A stretch of DNA of 64,000 nt from Leucoraja erinacea (lineage: Eukaryota). Both the position numbers and the translations under genes were made by a program. How positions within the stretch are numbered: position 1 is the first letter of the stretch; each line of letters opens with the position of its first letter. Of this stretch, positions 12,006-24,682 are shown piece by piece. Under the pieces are notes generated by a model. The model was not told the origin of the DNA. It made no database searches and saw only the letters and a list, made by a program, of their open reading frames with translations. The DNA is taken from assembly GCF_028641065.1 (NCBI RefSeq), contig NC_073399.1, positions 4,774,001 through 4,838,000 on the forward strand, in the 5' to 3' direction.

Positions 12006-14237
12006 CAAGCCAACATAATTTTAGGTCTGAAGAAGGGTCTCGACCTGAAATGTCACCCATTCCTTCTCTCCAGAGATGCTGCTTGTCGCACTGAGTTACT
12101 CCAGCATTTTGTGTCTAACTTTGACATAGTTTTAGACCTGACACAAATAATACAATATTAAAGAATCCTGGAATAACTAAATGCATAACATGCATGTAGT
12201 CGTGATATGTAACTAAAATGTCAAGAGTCCTATAGTGTGGTGCAGTAGCACCTGTGTCAAGTGTTCTCAATGATATTCTCAATCTTGTTCTCAATTATGT
12301 AAGATATGAAATGAAATGGGTTGGCCTCTATAAAAGCATTTCAATAAAAATGATTTAATTTTGCCTTAATTCTCAATCACGTTCTTGAGGAGATCGCAGC
12401 GTGTCATTGGAGCCCTCTTCTGCAAAAACATGCAAGAGATAAAGTATCTTAACAACAACTTTGAGAGTTTTAAAAACATTTTAGAGAAAAAGAGGCCCGA
12501 GGGTGAAATGGAAAAGAATGAGTTAACCAGACAACAATACAGTAAGCCTTGACTTAATATAGAGATATTTACAACACCCAAGTCACAACAAAATGAACAA
12601 ACATACAAAACTATGCAAGGCTACTGACTCAAAGGAAGTGCATCACAGCTTGAGGAGTGAGTCATATTACTTTTTTGTGCATTGAACTTCAGAAGATTAA
12701 CTGCAAATATATACAGGGACTCCCTAGGTTACTGAACACCTGACTTACAGAAACATGACTACGCAATTATCTGGTACATTGTTAAAGCATTTTTCAAGAT
12801 AGTAATATCTTGAATTATCTATTAATATTAATAATATGTTTAATGGTAGTTATTAATGAATGGATACAGTTATATATTACATTAGTTTAGTTAATGGTAT
12901 TATGGGGGGAGAATATTCAATGAAATGAGAGAGTGTATGCAGTGCAATATGATATGGGCAACTTTAGCTCTAGTTCAACTCTAGCGCTGCCTCAAAAAGG
13001 CTGGCAGTATCATCAAAGACCCATGCCATCCTGGCCACACACTCATCTCCCTGCTACCTTCAGGTAGAACGTACAGGAGCCTGAAGACTGCAACGACCAG
13101 GTTCAGGAATAGCTACTTCCCCACAGCCATCAGGCTATTAAACCTGGCTCGGCCAAAATTCTGAACATTAATAACCCATTATTTGTTATTTGCACTTTAT
13201 CAGTTTATTTATTCATGTGTTTTGTAGTCAATGCCTATTATGTTCTGTGTGCTGAAGCAAAGCAAGAATGTCATTGTTCTATCAGGGACACATGACAATA
13301 AACTTGAACTTGGTTCTCCTGAGGTGACTGATGTGGCCAATGTGGGAACCATAGATATTTGCCACAAATGGAGAATGTGATTGGTGAGGGGAAAGGTTCA
13401 ACTGTTGTTCATGCAGGACTGCAGGGTGATCCTGATATGTGTAAGAAAGAACTGCAGATGCTGGTAAAATCGAAGGTAGACACAAAACGCTGGAGTAACT
13501 CAGCAGGTGAGGCAGCATCTATAAAGAGAAGGAATGGGTGATGTTTCAGGGTCGAGACCCTTCTTCAGACCGAAGAAGTAGGGTCTCGACTCAAAACGTC
13601 GCCCATTCCTTCTCTCCGTAGATGCTGTCTCGCCCGCTGGGTGACTCCGATAGATGCCCCAAGGCTCTGAGTACCAGCCTGAATGCTTCTTCTCCTGATG
13701 GAGCGGTCATGAGCTAATGATTCCCAGGAGTTAGTGGGAATTTCTTCAAAGTGGCTTAAAACATATCCCCAAATCTTTTGTAGACAAAAATGCTGGAGAA
13801 ACTCAGCGGATGAGGTAGCATCGATGGAACTCAGTTACCTGGTCAAATCTTGCCATGACACAACTTTGGAATGGAATATCTCTTTCTGGACTATGGGTGC
13901 AGGACACGCAAGTGATGTGACCTGTTCAATAATATTAACTGAATGGAAGTATAGCCTCAATACTGGAGATGTTGGTAAGGCTTCAGGTGTTAACATTCTT
14001 CCAGTGCTTTCAGATGCCTGCTGTACATAATCCAGCATCAGAAGCATTCGAGATGGCCGGGATCAATGCTGTCCAATTGACCATGTGCTGTGGTTCAGAT
14101 ATTCTTTTCCACAATTGGCCAAAGATGCATTGAAGATGGTGGTGAATTTTATCATCAATGTCTGCATTTGCAGACACATGGCTTCCAAGATATGGGGTAT
14201 GGTTCTCATTTTCCAGGGTCTCATCATCTATCTTCTA

Positions 14238-14556
14238 TATAGAAACATAGAAACATAGAAAATAGGTGCAGGAGTAGGCCATTCGGCCCTTCGAACCTGC
14301 ACCGCCATTCAATATGATCATGGCTGACCATCCAACTCAGTATCCTGTACCTGCCTTCTCTCCATACCCCCTGATCCCTTTAGCCACAAGGGCCACATCT
14401 ACCTCCCTCTTAAATATAGCCAATGAACTGGCCTCAACTACCTTCTGTGGCAGAGAATTCCAGAGATTCACCACTCTCTGTGTGAAAAATGTTTTCCTCA
14501 TCTTGGTTCTAAAAGATTTCCCGCTTATCCTTAAACTGTGACCCCTTGTTCTGGAA
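14238..14556 (-). mobile_element. CR1 LINE 3' end
   Basis: (AGAAACAT)n tail; near identical to 34690-34980 reversed. Confidence 0.85.
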
Positions 14557-16235
14557 TATTATTACTAAAACTCTCATCTTGACCAATTCCTGGCTGCGTT
14601 GTAATAAAATTTGCACAAAAACAATCCCCCATAGCGCTACGATTTTTCGCCACCTTACTCACCATTCTCCTCTGCTGCAAGTCAAATAAGTTTTGTTCCG
14701 ATCCGTGAAATAGTACAAAAGTTATAAAGGTTTTGAAGGTTCCCCCGAAAAGAAAACTTCTGTAACACATGAAGCCTGGGTTTGTTTCTCCCTATCCAAG
14801 CAGAGGCTAAATGTTACAAACTTTACTGCTGAAATTAGTCAACTAGGGAGGGAGAAGGCATTGAACCCACAATATTCACCAGGTAACCTTGGGGATGATT
14901 GTAAATGTCTTTCTTTCCTGGCTTTTCAGTCTGAAGAAGGGTCTTGACCTGAAACGTCACCCATACCTTCTCTCCAGATATGCTGCGTCTCCCGCTGAGT
15001 TATTCCCGCCTTTGGTGTCTATTTACACTAGGAACACTGTGTAGGGATTAACAATCCTGATGGGGTGACCAGTCTGCATGTACGAGTTCCACTGCAGAAG
15101 GTGTCATAGGCAAGTTTAAACCTGCCTTCAACACTTCTGCTTTAAAAGCAGAACCACTGCATAGTAAATAAATGAACACTAAATTATTCATCACATCTGA
15201 CCCAAGGGCTGAAAAGGTCATAAATAAACAGAGATTCTTGCACTGGTTATTGTGCTGCATTTATCAGATGCAGTGGATATAAATACAAGGTATAAAACAC
15301 CTTTTTATTTGGTCCTTAACTCTGGCTGCAATGAACTTTGATTTAAAACCTTCCGTTAAATATATTACAAGTTTAGGTCAAAGACTGAGCGAAGTTAGAG
15401 TACAGCGTTACAGAAGCACAACATATGCACGGTTATACCACACTCGTCTCTATATTATCATTCCAAAGGAGGGTGGGGGGGAATTATTGAATGACATTCC
15501 CAGAACACTGGAATAATATCCAAATGTGAATAAAGGCAGAATTTAACAACGTTGATTACAAAAAAGACTACTTCTAATTCTGGTAACGAATAAAACAATA
15601 TAACGCTCCAAATGGCACACATGTTAATTAAAAACTAAATCTGAGCTATGATGCCATATTAAACCAGTGATACTGTGCAGAATAACACCTTCCAGGTGAT
15701 TTTAAACCACTTTTATCTCAGTAAATGTTATTAATTTTACTATGAATCAAGGGATTTGCATATTTGTAATTCTATTCCCAGCTACATAGCAATTAACTGA
15801 ATTAAAATTAGCATTATGAATCATGAGGTCATTAAAATCTGATCTTGAGTGAAGACATGTCAAGACACAGTATCAGACACCAATGTTACATCAATTATTT
15901 AGATTTTAAATGAATCAGATGGCAGTCAGTGTATTTAATGTACTGCAATGTGGATCTGAAGCTATCTCAACATGAAGTTGTACCTGTGAGACTTTGACCA
16001 AATTCTTTTGATCCGTACTTACGTAATTTACCGAAATAAAATCTGCCTGCAGATTGAGCTTATGTATATTACTGCAAACATTTAGAAGTCGATTTAAATT
16101 CCAGGCAGCAGAGATGAGTTGAAAGAAAATAATCAAATAGACAAAATTGGAAAATAGACAAAATTGGAAAAAGAGCAGGCCACTCAGCCCATCAAACCTG
16201 CTCCACCAGTAAACAGAGTCAAGACAGATCTCTAA

Positions 16236-16474
16236 AGGGCCTGTCCCACTTTCAAGACCTAATTCACAACCTCTGCCGAGTTTGCCCTTGACTCATACTT
16301 GCGGCATGGTTGTCACGAGGTCGTAGGTAGGTCGTAGGTAGATCATAGGTAGGTCGTGATGCTAGTCATAGGTACTCGTGGCATCAAGTAGGTCGGGCCA
16401 TTTTTCTAGCCTGATGAAAAATGTCCACGAGTAAAAAAGGTTGTGAATTAGGTCCTGAAAGTAGGACAGGCCCT
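16236..16474. mobile_element. MITE with about 37-bp TIRs (Harbinger-like)
   Basis: AGGGCCTGTCCCACTTTCAAGACCTAATTCACAACC ... GGTTGTGAATTAGGTCCTGAAAGTAGGACAGGCCCT; TAA/TTA flanks. Confidence 0.8.
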
Positions 16475-16589
16475 TTAATGCGAGTCAAAAATACTGCAGA
16501 TGCTGGAAATCTGAAATGAAATAGAAAATGCATAAAACACTAAACAGGTCAGGTCACATCTGCAGTAAGATTCTCCACACTGGCCCACA

Positions 16590-17180
16590 ACACTGGTTCC
16601 CCACAGAGCTATGTGTAGTCTCCAGCACTATTTACTGTACATTCATGTCTGTGTAACTAAGAACAACCAGAACTCAGTCTTCATTTTCGCAGATAATACC
16701 ACTATTGGCAGTCAAATCAACAACAATGTTGAGAAGAAGTACAGGAAAGAGACTTTGAACTTTGTCTCATGGTATCATGGCAACTGGGCCCTTGATGTCA
16801 GCAAGATGACATTTTTGTTTTTTGATCTATAGAAGCGAGAGGGTGAACACAACTTTGCCTTTGTCAATGGAACTGCAGTAGAGATTGTCAGGTTCTCAGG
16901 CGTCCAAATCACCAACAACCTTGGTGTCTGAAGAAGGGTCACAAATTCCTTCTCTCCAGAGATGTAGCCTGTCCCGCTGAGTTACTCCAGCATTTGGTGT
17001 CTATTTACACCAACAATCCAATCTGATCCATTCTATACTGACGCAGTGATGAAGAAAACACATCAATGTATTTACTTTCTTCCACATCTGGGAAGATTTT
17101 GGCATGTCCATGATGCATTACAGAATGGATTCTGATGGGATGCATCTTTGCCTGGTGTGGCAACTGCACTGCCCTCGTCC
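16590..17180 (+). mobile_element. Old Rex1-like RT fragment
   Basis: FIFADNTTIG..., ALDVSKMT; heavily degraded. Confidence 0.55.
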
Positions 17181-18448
17181 ACCTGAACCTGTAGATCCGC
17201 CCCGGGCCACTAAGTTTGAACCGGCCTGTTCGCGGAGCTCGGATTCGGCCACGGACTTACCATCACCCGACGGGGGACCCAACATCAAAAGCCTGGTTCG
17301 CCTCAACGCAGAGGGAGAACAAGGAAGGAAGAGACAAGGACTTTAAGACTTTTGCCTTCCATCACAGTGAGGAGGTGCCTGGCAGACTCACTGTGGTGGA
17401 TGTTAAACTGTGTTAATTGTGTGTTCTGTTATTTTTATTCTCTGTCATGACTGCAAGGTACATCATTTCGTTCAAACTAAAAGTTGGAATGCCAATAAAG
17501 GATACTTTGCTTTATTCTGCCAAACCTGTTGAGTGTTTCCAGTATTTTTTGTTTCTATGATGTGATTGATCATTTCAATCCAGTGACCTTTTACTCACTC
17601 AATTATCAACGATCGGGCAATTATCAATTATCAATATCAGGCAAAAGGTATAGAAGTATGAAAATGCACACCTCCAGATTCGGGGACAGTTTCTTACCAG
17701 CTGTTATCAAACAACTGATTCATCTTACCACAACCAGACAGCAGTGCTGAAATACTATCTAACTTTTTGATGACCTTTGGACTATCCTTGATCGGACTTT
17801 GCTGGCCTTACTTTGCACTAAACGTTATTCCCATATCATGAATATACCTACAGTAAAACTCTGTTAATTGGGCAGACATAGAATTGATGTTATTCGATTA
17901 ATACTCTGTCAGTGTTTTAATTCACTTTGTTATGGTACACATAATACACATCCTAGTGAAGCCTGTAACTATATAAAGGGCAAACAGGAAGCAGAACTGG
18001 CCTGGTTTCAAGGAAACGCTGTCTTGAAACACAAGCAGGTAAGTTTCAAAGGGAAGGTACACAAAATTCTGGAGAAACTCAGTGTCTATGGAGCAAAGGA
18101 GATAGGCAACTTTTTGGGCCGAAACCCTTCTTCAGACGGGATTCAAAGGGATGCAGGCACTGCACCCCAGTGAATAAAAGGAAGTACAGGAGTGAGTTTA
18201 GAGACAGAATGGGAATGGGAATGAGAACTCCATGTGTCAGCACTAAGTGACCCAGATGCCAGATCATTGAGATTACCAAATAGTTGAATAGCAGATTTTT
18301 GGGGGTATTTAATGGAAAAGTTCACAGACTGCACTTCCAAGCCTTTTTGGGGAGACAATCCCAAAGACTCACAACCCGCAGAAAAAATAATATCTCATCA
18401 GCTCTGCCTCCAATAGGTCATAGGTAATAGGAGCAGAATTAGGCCATT

Positions 18449-18740
18449 CATATAACCATATAACAATTACAGCACGGAAACAGGCCATCTCAGCCCTACA
18501 AGTCCATGCCGAACAAATTTTTTTCCCCTTAGTCCCACCTGCCTGCACTCGTACCATAACCCTCCATTCCCTTCTCATCCATATGCCTATCCAATTTATT
18601 TTTAAATGATACCAATGAACCTGCCTCCACCACTTCCACTGGGAGCTCATTCCACACCGCCACCACTCTCTGCGTAAAGAAGTTCCCCCTCATATTACCC
18701 CTAAACTTCTGTCCCTTAATTCTGAAGTCATGTCCTCTTT
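18449..18740 (-). mobile_element. CR1 3' end nested in another CR1 tail
   Basis: Same subfamily as 50194-50812 (TTATATGG tail). Confidence 0.8.
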
Positions 18741-18930
18741 CGGTCCATCAAGTCTACTCTGCCATTCAATCATGCCTGATCTATCTCTCACTCCTAACTC
18801 CATTCACCTGCCGTTTCCCCATAACCCCTAACACCTGTATTAATCAGGAATCTGGGAAATAGGATGTTTTGGACAGTGAGGGATCCCAAGTTGTAGATTG
18901 TCCCACAGAGGAGATGGTCTCTAACCTTAC

Positions 18931-19278
18931 CTCGTCCACCAGGGCTGAGAACTGCTCCAGGGGACAATAAGCCAGGTCGCCGAACACCAGGTTGCTCTTC
19001 ATGGAGTCGGCGCTGAGCTTCTCCCGGCGGCGCTTGGTGAAGAAGACGGCTTTGTTCTTGCCGAGGCTGGGGAAGTGTAGAGAGGGCAGGAGCAAGCCGG
19101 CGGCGCTGAGGGACACGACTAGTAGCGGCCGCTCGCCGCTGTCCAGGAACTCCTGGATACACAGGCGGTGCTCCTCGGTGCCAGCGCACTTGTGCCAGCG
19201 CTCAGCCTTCAGCTTCATGGTCTTCAGCACGTAGTCCTGCAGGAAATCCCAGCGCCTGTCCGAGATATTGTCCCCCAT
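18931..19278 (-). CDS. DNAH9: DNAH9-like first coding exon (348 bp)
   Basis: ATG in strong Kozak context (GCGACCATGG), GC/CpG-rich, MGDNISDRRWDFLQDYV...GDLAYCPLEQFSALVDE, ends GAG|GTaagg. Confidence 0.85.
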
Positions 19279-19355
19279 GGTCGCCCTCCACCTCCACCTC
19301 CACCTCCACTGCAGCCGAACTCTCCCCGTCTGGGAGCCCGAGAGATCAGCGTGTC

Positions 19356-19399
19356 GTGCCCATAGTAACCGGCTTGTTTGCGGTTTGTGTTCACACGTG
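19356..19399 (-). promoter_or_regulatory. Ciliary-gene promoter module: RFX X-box, forkhead site, E-box
   Basis: GTTACTATGGGCAC on minus strand (19356-19369), GCAAACA (19375-19381), CACGTG (19394-19399), about 80-120 bp upstream of the ATG. Confidence 0.65.
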
Positions 19400-19655
19400 G
19401 AGCTTGAGTGAGAGAGGAAGGGGGAGGGAGAACATGGTTGGAAACTGCAGCTCCAGCTCAATGCAAACTACGCCCCTCCACACTGGTCCCATTAACAAGT
19501 CAACTACAATACCCCCCTCGCCTGCTGCTAACTACAAACCTCCACTGCAGGTAATTCCCTTCTCTCCACTCTCATGGACTGCAATCCCCCAGAGTAAACA
19601 ATACCCCCTCTTCCCCAACATGGTCCTCCACTGATCCATCAACTGCAGCCAATTA

Positions 19656-20102
19656 TAAACATGACCAATTCTTAAGGACTTGGTCTCCTTTCCCGACCTT
19701 TTGGAATCATCAGGGTACCGCAGGATTGCTGATTTCAGAATGACGCGGATAGATCTACATCTCCGAATAAGATTTGGAAAAATTCTCAGCGAGGGCAGCA
19801 GCATTTCTATTTCCACTTTCTCTCTTCCGATTTTTATTTTTTCCATATACACACTGCGTTTTGCACTCTCCGCCATCTATTTTTCCAGTTTTCCCCTTTC
19901 TTTGGGTAATCCAACTGCACTTCCTTCCCATAAAACTAGAGGCTGTACATAGAATGGATTACGGTATTACATACCTGGCACCTAAAATTAGGTTCCACTG
20001 TACTGTTTTGTGCTGTGTTAACTTCTAATAAAATAAACAAAAACAAAAAAAAGAAAGCTAAAAAATAGCTTTGTCAATCAAAAAAAAAAAAAAAAAAAAA
20101 AA
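19656..20102 (+). mobile_element. 5'-truncated poly(A) retroinsertion, probably L1 3' end
   Basis: 15-bp TSD aactgcagccaatta (19641-19655 / 20103-20117), AATAAA and long poly(A); start reads DQFLRTWSPF. Confidence 0.75.
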
Positions 20103-20628
20103 AACTGCAGCCAATTACAATCCCCCCCCCAATACAGACACAACTCCCCTCCCCACGGCCCCATCGACTGTATGTATCCCCCAGTGTAGACAACTACCCA
20201 TCATCACTGGCCCATCAACTGCAACCAACTACAACCCCCTAGTACACACGACTCTACTCCCACCTCCCGTCCATCGAGGGGATCTATCACAGTCGCTGCC
20301 TCAAAAAGGCTGGCAGCATCATCAAGGACCCACACCATCCGGGCCACTCACTCATCTCCCCACTACCTTCATGTAGAAGGTACAGGAGCCTGAAGACTGC
20401 AACAACCAGGTTCAGGAATAGCTACTTCCCCACAGCCATCAGGCTATTAAACTCGGCTCGGCCAAAACTCTGAACATTAATAGCCAATAATCTGTTTATT
20501 TGCACTTTATCAGTTTTATTATTCATGTGTGTATATATTTATGCAATGGTATATGGACACACTGATCTGTTCAGTATTCATGCCTACTACATGACAATAA
20601 AACTCTTGAACCCTTGTCCTCCATCGCC

Positions 20629-20773
20629 NNNNNNNNNNNNNNNNNNNNNNNNNNNNNNNNNNNNNNNNNNNNNNNNNNNNNNNNNNNNNNNNNNNNNNNN
20701 NNNNNNNNNNNNNNNNNNNNNNNNNNNNNNNNNNNNNNNNNNNNNNNNNNNNNNNNNNNNNNNNNNNNNNNNN
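20629..20773. other. Assembly gap (145 N)
   Basis: Run of N. Confidence 1.
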
Positions 20774-21624
20774 TAATGCCAAGGTCACGGATCAGAAATA
20801 GATAGACTCTTGATTAGTACGGGGTGTCAGAGATTACAGGGAGAAGGCAGGAGAATGGGGTTAGGAGGGAGAGATAGATCAGCCATGATTGAATGGCGGA
20901 GTAGATTTGATGGGTCTAAAGGCCTAATTCTACTCTTGTTCCCTCTGACCTTATGACAGCCCAATCCCTCATTCCTCCACTTTCCCAGGAATTGAAACTA
21001 ATTTTCTAGCCTCGATTTTCCAGCATCTGCAGTTCCTTCTGAAACATGCATTCATTCTTCTTAGTTTACCCCTATCAGCAAGGTCCCTTGTTCCCTTGTC
21101 TCATGTGTCTAATTTACCCTAAGTATGAACATCTTAATCACCGCAACATCCTCTGTGGTAGCAAGTTCCACATTCTAACAACTCTCAGGCTAAGGATTTA
21201 CTGTTTGGATTTGCAGCTGGATGTGTATTATTTGCAACCTTATATACACATCTTTGTTGCTTTTCCCGTATGAAAACAATTTCTCTACAATTATTCATTC
21301 GTATCCTGACAATCTCTAACAGGTCACCTCTGGTAATGTCTGAAGAGGGTTTCGACCCAAAATGTCACCTATTCCTTTTCTCCAGAGATGCTGTCTGACC
21401 CGTTGAGTTACTCCAGCATCTTGTGTCTGTCTTCACCTCTAGTCATAACCTTTTATTAAGAATTTCAATTCAATGCTTCAAATTGTTCAGTTTTTCTGTA
21501 CAGTAGAACTTTAGTTCCAGCATTCTTTAATTCCTTTATAATGTGTACATCAGAATTGTCCCAGAAATACGAGATAACCAATGCCTCCATTTGCATTTAA
21601 TATTACTTTTTGTGCTTCTCAATT

Positions 21625-21982
21625 TTATAACAAGAGGAGTCGTGTATAAGAGCAAAGAGGTCCCAATGTTGGGGGAGTCCAGTGCCAGGGGCCACAGTTT
21701 AAGAATAAGGAATAAGCTATTTAGAATGGAGACGAGGAAACAATTTTTCTCAAAGAGAGTTGTGAGTCTGTGAAATTCTTGGCCTCAGAGGGAGGTGGAG
21801 GCCGGTTCTCTGGATACTTTCAAGAGAGAGCTAGATAGGGCTCTTAAAGATAGCGGAGTCAGGGAATGTGGGGAGAAGGGAGGAACGGGGTACTGATTGG
21901 GGATGATCAGCCATGATCACATTGAATGGCGGTGCTGGCTCGAAGGGCCGAATGGCCTACTCCTGAACCTATTGTCTATTGT
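21625..21982 (+). mobile_element. CR1 LINE 3' fragment with internal deletion
   Basis: RGHSLRI...FFSKRVVSL and CR1 UTR. Confidence 0.8.
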
Positions 21983-22815
21983 ATCCAATTGGTAATAAAT
22001 AAAGGCAGCACCTTATACAGTATTTGCTTTATGACCTTGTTAATCCGAACGCTATTCTGAATAACAAATACATTTGCACGCCTCCTTGCTCCTCTACCAC
22101 CTTTGGAAATGTATTTTAGGACATTGCCTCCTTCAATTGTTCTCTGCCCCATCAATTGTTTAATGTAACTAACAACACTCAAAAAGCAATTGAAGTGGCG
22201 TTAATGCCATGTTAAAGATACTGCACATAGAAATGTCAATGTGTTTCAATCAATGACCCAATTACAAATTAAAACAAATGCCCTTATACATTGATCATTT
22301 TTTATTACTACGTTAGAGAATGGAGTGGGGGGGGTGAATTGGGAGATTTTGGGGATGGGTGTGGAGAAGTCCATTTTATTATGAGATCACAATGTCCCCA
22401 CTCTTCACTGTTTTAGTGCTGGAAAGATTTGACAACATATTAAGGTTAAGATTGAAAAGTGAAATATTGATTAAAAACTAACATTTTGTAAATTCATGGC
22501 CCAATTTTTGTGGTCACAGTGAAGCAGCTACCGTTCTGCCCTCTAAATTCCTGCTTTATCATGTTACCAGAATTTCCTAAACCTCGCTGCCTGCAATGTC
22601 TGTGTGGCACCTAAGCTGCAACAGGCTTTTCCAAGCAGAATTCAATTCAAGCCCCTTTCACAAAACTGACGTTCGGAACCATTCAAAAATTATTACAAAT
22701 ACAAAAGAAAACTAAAAAGACTTAAGGAAAATCTGAAACACTTACAGAAATTTACATTTACTCAAAAGATACTAATACTAATTAATCTCTCATTCTACTG
22801 CAGCATAAACAGTAA

Positions 22816-23313
22816 TGCCCCTGTCCCACTTAGGAAACCACTTAGGGTCTTACCTTCCACTACCTGCAACCTCCGGCAACCACGTGCAACCTCCGGCAAC
22901 CACCTGCAACCTCCAGCAACCACCTGCAACCTCCGGCAACCACCTGCAACCTCCGGCAACCACGTGCAACCTCCGGCAACCACCTGCAACCTCCGGCACC
23001 ACACCTGCAACCTCCGGCAACCACCTGCAACCTCCGGCAACCACCTGCAACCTCCGGCAACCACCTTCAACTAGCATCGCAACCGGCTTCGACTAAAAAA
23101 TTACCGATTTTTAAAACGGCAACCTATTTTTAGTCGCGGCCGGTTTTTAATTTTTTGAAATAATCGCCGGAACATAGGAGCGGAAACCACTTTCGGCCAT
23201 TAGGGAGACTGATAAAAATCCTCCGGGAACCTCTGGGAACCGCACAGAAACCTTGGGTGGGGCACCAAGTCTCCAAAGGTTTCCGTTCAGGTTTCCTAAG
23301 TGGAACAGGGGCC
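22816..23313. mobile_element. MITE with internal 20-bp tandem repeat
   Basis: TIR GCCCCTGTCCCACTTAGGAAACC / GGTTTCCTAAGTGGAACAGGGGC; about 10 CACCTGCAACCTCCGGCAAC units at 22860-23063. Confidence 0.8.
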
Positions 23314-24257
23314 ATGTGATTAATATCCTCTCAAGGAACTTGAGAGGGAAGATGCAGAGCTCAGGCTTGGCCCGAAGTGCATTCAACTCAGGGTTCTTGA
23401 GTCAACATATCGCAACTAGCTAGCCTGAAAAATATGAGTTTATTCACCCAGAGATATAAATTCCTTGAAATGCACTGTACAAACGGGCCATGGAGGCGCA
23501 GTCATCAAATATATTCAAACAGATCAATAAGTTCGAAGCCCTTAAGACAATTAATGGATACAAGGTCATTACAAGGAAGTGCCAATGACATAAAATATAG
23601 TAAGATCTTTTACACAATGAAGCAGAGATGAACAGCCAAATGACCTAATCCCGTGTCTATTTCTTACATTCATGGTTAGCAGAAAAAAGAATATCTCTTC
23701 ATTACAGAATTTTATTTTCAGTTACATGCTATTCAATACTAAAGTAATAAACTTAAACTTGGAGCCTTTTTATTTATGAATCTAACTGAAAAAGATAAAT
23801 TACATTTTACAAAGAGGTACTGGTTATATTAAGATAGTAAATCACAAGCTTTGTATTTGTTAAATTATGATGACACTGGCATTGATATCTTAACCATTAA
23901 TAGAAATACAACCTTTTAAATACATCTTGACCTTATATGTGAGTGAAGTAATTTTGCTGAAACAGAAATGCTAACAATATCAGTTTTGTTAATTAAAACT
24001 CCATGCACATTTCATTTGTGTCTGTGGCATTATTGTAAACAGCAATGCAACAATAAATTGTTTAAAAAAATCAATACACTTGATAACGTCATCAAGCCCC
24101 CACCAGTACTGTTATTTCCCAGTCTTAATAGCTGGAATAAATATAACATTACTGAAGTTCCAATGGTCACTAATGTTAATCAAAGCAGGACTGTCGTAAC
24201 TATGTTATTTTCTTATGTCAAACAGAGCAGAAGAATTCAATTCAAGCACCTTTCACA

Positions 24258-24682
24258 AGGGGTTCCCCTCTCCCATCATAGATGAGGCCCTCACTCGTGT
24301 CTCCTCGATATCCCGCAGCTCCACCCTTGCTCCCCTCCCTGAGTAGCAACAGAGACAGTCCCCCTAGTCCTCACCTTTCACCCCATCAGCCGTCGCATAC
24401 AGCACATAATCCCCCGACATTTTTGCCACCTCCTAACGGAATCCCAACACTAGTCACATCTTCCCATCTCCACCCCTTCCACCTTCCAGTGAGACCATTC
24501 CCTCCGCACCTCCTTGGTTAAATCACCCCCTCCCCAGGTACCTCCCCATGCAACCGCTGAAGTTGCAACACCTGTCCCTATATCTCCTCCCTCGACTCTG
24601 TCCGGGGACCCGCAACAGTCCTTTCGGGTTAGGCAGCGATTCACTTGCACCTCCTCCAACCTCATCTACTTTATCCGTTGTT
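24258..24682 (+). mobile_element. Penelope-like fragment
   Basis: SFRVRQRFTCTSSNLIYFIRCS, homologous to the 36309 element; minus-strand fragments also near 30900-31400 and 45440-45690. Confidence 0.8.

Noticed and set aside
19279-19461. N-terminal extension of the dynein ORF
   Set aside because: Includes a (CCACCT)n microsatellite and the promoter motifs; the ATG at 19278 has a strong Kozak context and marks where dynein similarity begins
22795-23096. Repetitive ORFs (VAGGCR / PPATSGN) as a protein-coding gene
   Set aside because: Produced by a 20-bp tandem repeat inside a TIR-bounded MITE
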